Below, piece by piece: positions 59,592-64,000 of a stretch of 64,000 nt of DNA (within the stretch, counting starts at the first letter, position 1; every line of letters begins with the position of its first letter). The stretch spans positions 64,001 to 128,000 of the forward strand of contig CAVUPH010000042.1 of assembly GCA_963743305.1 (NCBI GenBank), in the 5' to 3' direction. The notes under the pieces were generated by a model. That model searched no databases. It was not told the origin of the DNA and saw only the letters and a program-made list of their open reading frames with translations. The translations under genes were made by a program, and so were the position numbers. Source of the DNA: an uncultured delta proteobacterium. GTDB lineage: Bacteria; Desulfobacterota; RBG-13-43-22.

Positions 59592-62500
59592 ATGACGTCA
59601 AATCAGGATATTGAGAAACTTCGTCGGCGAATTTTCGAACTCGAGGCGGAGATCGACAGGCTGAAACTACTCCCCAAAGAAAAGGAAGTGACGGGGGCCT
59701 TAGAGGACCAGGAGACCCGTTTTCGCGTATTGATCGAGAATATAGAGGATTTGATCTTTACCCTCGATCTCCATCTTCGGACCACCTATATAAGTCCATC
59801 GGTGAAGAAAGTCCTGGGGTACAGTCCCGAGGAATGGATGAGTCAACGTCCCGACGAACAGCTTACCCCGAAGTCGCTCGAATTGGCCGTCCAGACGCTG
59901 GCCTTGGAACTTGAACGGGAAAAGGATCCCTCAACGCCCCCTGACCGCTCGGTTACCCTGGAACTGGAATTCAATCATCGAGACGGGGCGACTAGGATTT
60001 TGGAAACGGTCTTTCGCAGCCTCCGAGACCGGCAGGGGAAGTGGGTTGGAATTTGTGGCCTTTCCCGGGATATCAGCGCGCGAAAAAGGATGGAGGAGAT
60101 CCTGAGGGAAAGTGAGGAACGCTATCGCGATTTGGTCGAGAATAGTCAGGATTTGATTTGCACCCACGACCTCAAAGGTAAACTACTCTCCGTGAGCGGA
60201 GCGGCGGTTAGAGTATTGGGGTATCCCCTTGAAGTGCTGTTGAAAATGAATCCGTTCGATCTGCTCGACCCCGAGATGCGTGACCGCTTCGACGCCTATC
60301 TGGCCGAGATCCAGCGTGAGGGCCGGTCCAGCGGCATTATGCGGGTGCTAACCGCCGGCGGTGAAACCCGCTATTGGGAATATAACAACACCCTGCGGAC
60401 CGAAGGGGTTGCCGTCCCCATCGTGCGCGGCATGGCCCGGGATATCACCGAACGCCGGCAGGCCGAAAGGGCCTTACGCCGGAGCGAGACATTATTGCAA
60501 GCCATCCTGGGATCCACCGCTGACGGCCTCTTAACGGTGAGCGCGGAAAACAAGATTCTTTACGCCAACGAACTTTTTTTCGAGATGTGGAAGATCCCCC
60601 CCGGGTTGATTGCAGGGGGGGATAACGCCGCTCTGCTTCAGTACGTCCCTGATCAACTGACCGATCCGCAAGGGTTTCTGTGGAAAGTCCGGGAAATATA
60701 CACTTCGAAGGATGACAGTTTCGATATCCTTGAATTTAAGGATGGCAGGGTGATGGAACGACTATCCCGTCCCCTGATGGAGGGGGAACAAATCCGAGGT
60801 AGGGTCTGGTCCTTTCGGGATATCTCCGAACGCAAACGGAAGGAGGAGGCCCTGCGGCAAAGCGAGGAGAGGTATCGGGCCATTTTCGAACAGGCCGTGG
60901 AGGGCTTTTTCCAGAGCACTCCGGAGGGGCGGTGGATCAAGGTCAATCAGGCTTTGGCCCGGATGTGCGGTTATGCCTCCCCGGAGGAGATGACGACCTC
61001 GATCCGGGATATTGCCGAACAGCATTATACCCAACGGGAAGACCGCGAGGAATTTAATCGACTCCTCCGCGAGCAGGGGGTGGTGGAGAACTTCGAACAC
61101 CAAACCCGACGAAAGGACGGCAGTTCTTTTTGGACCTCCGTCAGTGCCCGGGCCGTCCGGGACCGGGAAGGCCGGATTCTCTATTACGAAGGGACTCACG
61201 AGGATATCGACCAAAGAAAAAAAGCCGAGCGGTTGCTGGTGGATGCCGAAGAACAGTATCGCTCGCTCTTTGAATGCTCTACCAATGCCATTTTGATTCG
61301 CAATGCTGAGGACCGGATCACCATGGTGAATCCGGCGGGGGTCGCCTTGTTGGGAGCCGCAAAAGCCGAGGACCTGATCGGCCGGGCTTATCTGGACCTG
61401 GTGTACCCGGAAGACCGTCCGGAATCGGCGGAGCGGATCGAAAAAATTTTTCGGGCCGCTGCCGACCAACAGCCAACCGGTGAATTCGATCAAACCGCCG
61501 TGCCGCCGAGAGAACACCGGATGGTCACCTTGAGGGGCGAAGTGATTTATGTCGAATCGACCGGAGTGGCTTTTCACCACAAAGGCGAATCTTTCGTCCA
61601 GGGGATCTTTCGAGATATCACCGAGCGTAAGCGGGCGGAAGAAGCCCTGAGGCGGAGTGAAGACCAGTACCGCCGTTTGTTCGAGGAATCCAAACGGGCC
61701 GAAGAGTTATATCGTTCGCTTCTGAATTCCTCGGCCGACGCCATCGCGATCTACGACCTGGAAGGAAAGGTCCGGTTTATCAATCCTTCTTTTACCCGAA
61801 CCTTCGGCTGGACCTTGGAAGAACTGGTCGGTAAGCGAATTCCTTTTGTTCCCGATTCTGAAAAAGAAAAAAGCATGGCCGAAATCAGCCGGGGATTGTC
61901 CGGAGGCCCTCCCGTGATCTTTGAAACAAAAAGGATCACCCAAGACGGCCGAATCCTCGACATTATACTCAGCGGTTCGCGCTACGATGATCACGAGGGG
62001 ACGCCGGCCGGGAACCTGTCCATCTTTCATGACATTACCCAGACCAGGGTCCTGGAAGCACAGTTTCGGCAAGCTCAGAAAATGGAGGCCGTCGGCACCC
62101 TGGCTGGAGGCATCGCCCACGACTTCAACAATCTCCTGCAGGCCATCGGCGGCTATGCCCAATTGCTTCTTTGGGATAAATCCGCAAAAGACCCCGGGCA
62201 TCAGGAGTTGCTGGGGATTCAAAAAGCCGTTCAGCGGGCGGCCCAGCTTATTCGTCAATTGCTGACCTTCAGCCGCAAGGTGGAAGGGAACCGACGGCCC
62301 CTCGACCTGAATCAGGAAATTCTGGAAGCGGAAAAAGTGTTGAGGCGGACTATCCCGAAAATGATCGTCCTGGATCTCCATCTGGAGAGTCGTCTGAAAT
62401 GGGTAGAGGCCGACCCGGTCCAGATTGAACAAATACTGCTGAATTTAGGGAGCAACGCCGCCGACGCCATGCCCAACGGCGGGCGGCTGGTCCTGGAGAG

Positions 62501-63236
62501 CGGCAATGTTTGTCTGGACGAGGAATTCTGCCGCCGGCACTTGGGCGCGACGCCCGGGAATTACGTCCTCCTGGCCGTGACGGATACGGGGCAGGGCATG
62601 GACCAGGTAACGGTGCAGCACATCTTCGAGCCTTTTTTCACCACCAAGGAAATCGGGAAGGGTACCGGTTTAGGGCTGGCTTCGGTGTACGGCATCGTCA
62701 AGAGCCATGGCGGGTATATCCTTTGTGAGAGCGCGGAAGGGCAAGGTACGGCTTTCAAAATTTATCTGCCGGCCGTCGAGGAAAAGGAGGTCGGAGTTGA
62801 AAAGGGGGAAGAAGAAGCCTTATTGACCGGCGGATCGGAAACCATCCTGGTGGTGGACGATGAAGCCGCGGTCCGGGATCTGACCGTCCAGATCCTTCAG
62901 CGCCACGGGTATCAGGTTTTCGCTGCCGACTGCGGCGAGGCGGCGCTGGAATATCTTCAAACCCGCCCGGGGGAAATTGACCTGGTCCTCCTCGATTTGG
63001 GGATGCCCGGAATGGGCGGCCTCCATTGCCTGCGGGAGCTGGTCAGAATCGATTCCTCGGTCCGAGTCCTGATCGCCAGCGGCTACTCGGTCGACGGTCC
63101 GGTAAAAGAGGGCCTGGAGTCCGGCGCCGCGGGATATATCGGCAAACCCTATCGGCTTAAGGATTTGCTGGACAAAGTCAGAACGGTTCTGGGAGGAACA
63201 CGAAAACCTTCTCAAGGACTTTCCGGCGAGGCTTAG
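59592..63236 (+). CDS. Hybrid multi-PAS histidine kinase/response regulator
   Basis: About 6 PAS domains, AGGIAHDFNNLL, EPFFTTK, GTGLGL, receiver LLDLGMP. Confidence 0.95.
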   Translation: MTSNQDIEKLRRRIFELEAEIDRLKLLPKEKEVTGALEDQETRFRVLIENIEDLIFTLDLHLRTTYISPSVKKVLGYSPEEWMSQRPDEQLTPKSLELAVQTLALELEREKDPSTPPDRSVTLELEFNHRDGATRILETVFRSLRDRQGKWVGICGLSRDISARKRMEEILRESEERYRDLVENSQDLICTHDLKGKLLSVSGAAVRVLGYPLEVLLKMNPFDLLDPEMRDRFDAYLAEIQREGRSSGIMRVLTAGGETRYWEYNNTLRTEGVAVPIVRGMARDITERRQAERALRRSETLLQAILGSTADGLLTVSAENKILYANELFFEMWKIPPGLIAGGDNAALLQYVPDQLTDPQGFLWKVREIYTSKDDSFDILEFKDGRVMERLSRPLMEGEQIRGRVWSFRDISERKRKEEALRQSEERYRAIFEQAVEGFFQSTPEGRWIKVNQALARMCGYASPEEMTTSIRDIAEQHYTQREDREEFNRLLREQGVVENFEHQTRRKDGSSFWTSVSARAVRDREGRILYYEGTHEDIDQRKKAERLLVDAEEQYRSLFECSTNAILIRNAEDRITMVNPAGVALLGAAKAEDLIGRAYLDLVYPEDRPESAERIEKIFRAAADQQPTGEFDQTAVPPREHRMVTLRGEVIYVESTGVAFHHKGESFVQGIFRDITERKRAEEALRRSEDQYRRLFEESKRAEELYRSLLNSSADAIAIYDLEGKVRFINPSFTRTFGWTLEELVGKRIPFVPDSEKEKSMAEISRGLSGGPPVIFETKRITQDGRILDIILSGSRYDDHEGTPAGNLSIFHDITQTRVLEAQFRQAQKMEAVGTLAGGIAHDFNNLLQAIGGYAQLLLWDKSAKDPGHQELLGIQKAVQRAAQLIRQLLTFSRKVEGNRRPLDLNQEILEAEKVLRRTIPKMIVLDLHLESRLKWVEADPVQIEQILLNLGSNAADAMPNGGRLVLESGNVCLDEEFCRRHLGATPGNYVLLAVTDTGQGMDQVTVQHIFEPFFTTKEIGKGTGLGLASVYGIVKSHGGYILCESAEGQGTAFKIYLPAVEEKEVGVEKGEEEALLTGGSETILVVDDEAAVRDLTVQILQRHGYQVFAADCGEAALEYLQTRPGEIDLVLLDLGMPGMGGLHCLRELVRIDSSVRVLIASGYSVDGPVKEGLESGAAGYIGKPYRLKDLLDKVRTVLGGTRKPSQGLSGEA

Positions 63237-63477
63237 CGTTGGAAGTGAATTCCCATGGTTCCACCCTACCCCAGCCCGGCGGTTATTCGCGCTCGGGCTG
63301 TTGACGGACTTCTGGCGAGTCCGTCAATATTGTCTTGACAAATAGAATTTTCGGGAGTATCCGAATTTCAGGCTTCCTTCTTTTTCTACAGAATCTATTC
63401 CCCTTTCCCCTCTCCTGGGAGGAAGATTTTAGCTTAAATCTGAGTCGGTATATCTCCTCGTTGTGGAGGTCCAAGGG

Positions 63478-64000
63478 TTGAAACTGCCAAAAACCGGAAA
63501 GCAAGCGGGGGAGAGAGTGGGCTTCTCCCCGGTGAATTATCGGTTACTCGTAGAGAACCTGGAAGATATTGTCTTTACCACGGATCTCAGCCTGCATCTG
63601 ACCTATGTGAGTCCGTCGATAGAGAAAATCCTGGGGTACACCCCCGAAGAAAGAATGAGGCAGCCTATCCAGGAGCGGCTTGCTCCCGAATCCTTGAAAG
63701 TGGCCGCTGATACGCTGGCCCTGGAGATCGATCGGGAGCAGGACTCTTCCGTCGACCCAGATCGCGTCATCACTTTGGAATTAGGTTATCTCCACCAAGA
63801 CGGCTCCCTCCGGGTTTTGGAAACGGCCGTCAAAGGTCTCCGCGACAAGGAAGAAAAACTTGTCGGAATATTCGGGTTATCCCGTGATGTCACTGCTCGA
63901 AAACGGGCGGAAGAGGCGCGTAATGGTACTCTGGTTGAGTGGGATACCATCTTCCAGGCCATCGGGCAGCCGGTGTTGATCCTCGATCCCCAAGCTAAAA
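63478..64000 (+). CDS. PAS-domain sensor protein, 3' end outside window
   Basis: GGAGG RBS + TTG; YRLLVENLEDIVFTTDLSLHLTYVSPSIEKILGYTPEE, open to window end. Confidence 0.8.
   Translation, partial: MKLPKTGKQAGERVGFSPVNYRLLVENLEDIVFTTDLSLHLTYVSPSIEKILGYTPEERMRQPIQERLAPESLKVAADTLALEIDREQDSSVDPDRVITLELGYLHQDGSLRVLETAVKGLRDKEEKLVGIFGLSRDVTARKRAEEARNGTLVEWDTIFQAIGQPVLILDPQAK

Overview
GC-rich chromosomal window, probably from an anaerobic Desulfobacterota/deltaproteobacterium (inferred from gene content). Several genes are split by single-base indels, often in homopolymers, which looks like uncorrected long-read error. Core content: glgD-like/glgC pair, TolC, M16 peptidase pair, phoU, gltX with tRNA-Gln and tRNA-Glu, pyk, two glycogen phosphorylases, mtgA, a heterodimeric ABC exporter, catalase and many PAS/Cache histidine kinases. 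The most interesting items are: (1) a MarR-DsrE2-TusA-DsrM-like-DsrK/HdrD-like-FadL operon that looks like a self-contained sulfane-sulfur import, relay and membrane-reduction module with no dsrC or dsrJOP; (2) a DosR-like stress cluster (Hsp20, PRTase fragment, ferredoxin, small ORFs) with a shared palindromic site next to a CheB/CheR-PAS kinase-NarL system; (3) an AcuC-like/AcuB-like deacetylase pair coupled to pyruvate kinase; (4) two decayed integron remnants, one with truncated attC sites; (5) adjacent pseudo-enzymes (a phosphoglycosyltransferase and a histidine kinase with altered catalytic residues); (6) several MITE/REP families, three with readable target-site duplications. No CRISPR array, rRNA or intact transposase was seen. 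All family assignments come from motif recognition by eye, not database searches.
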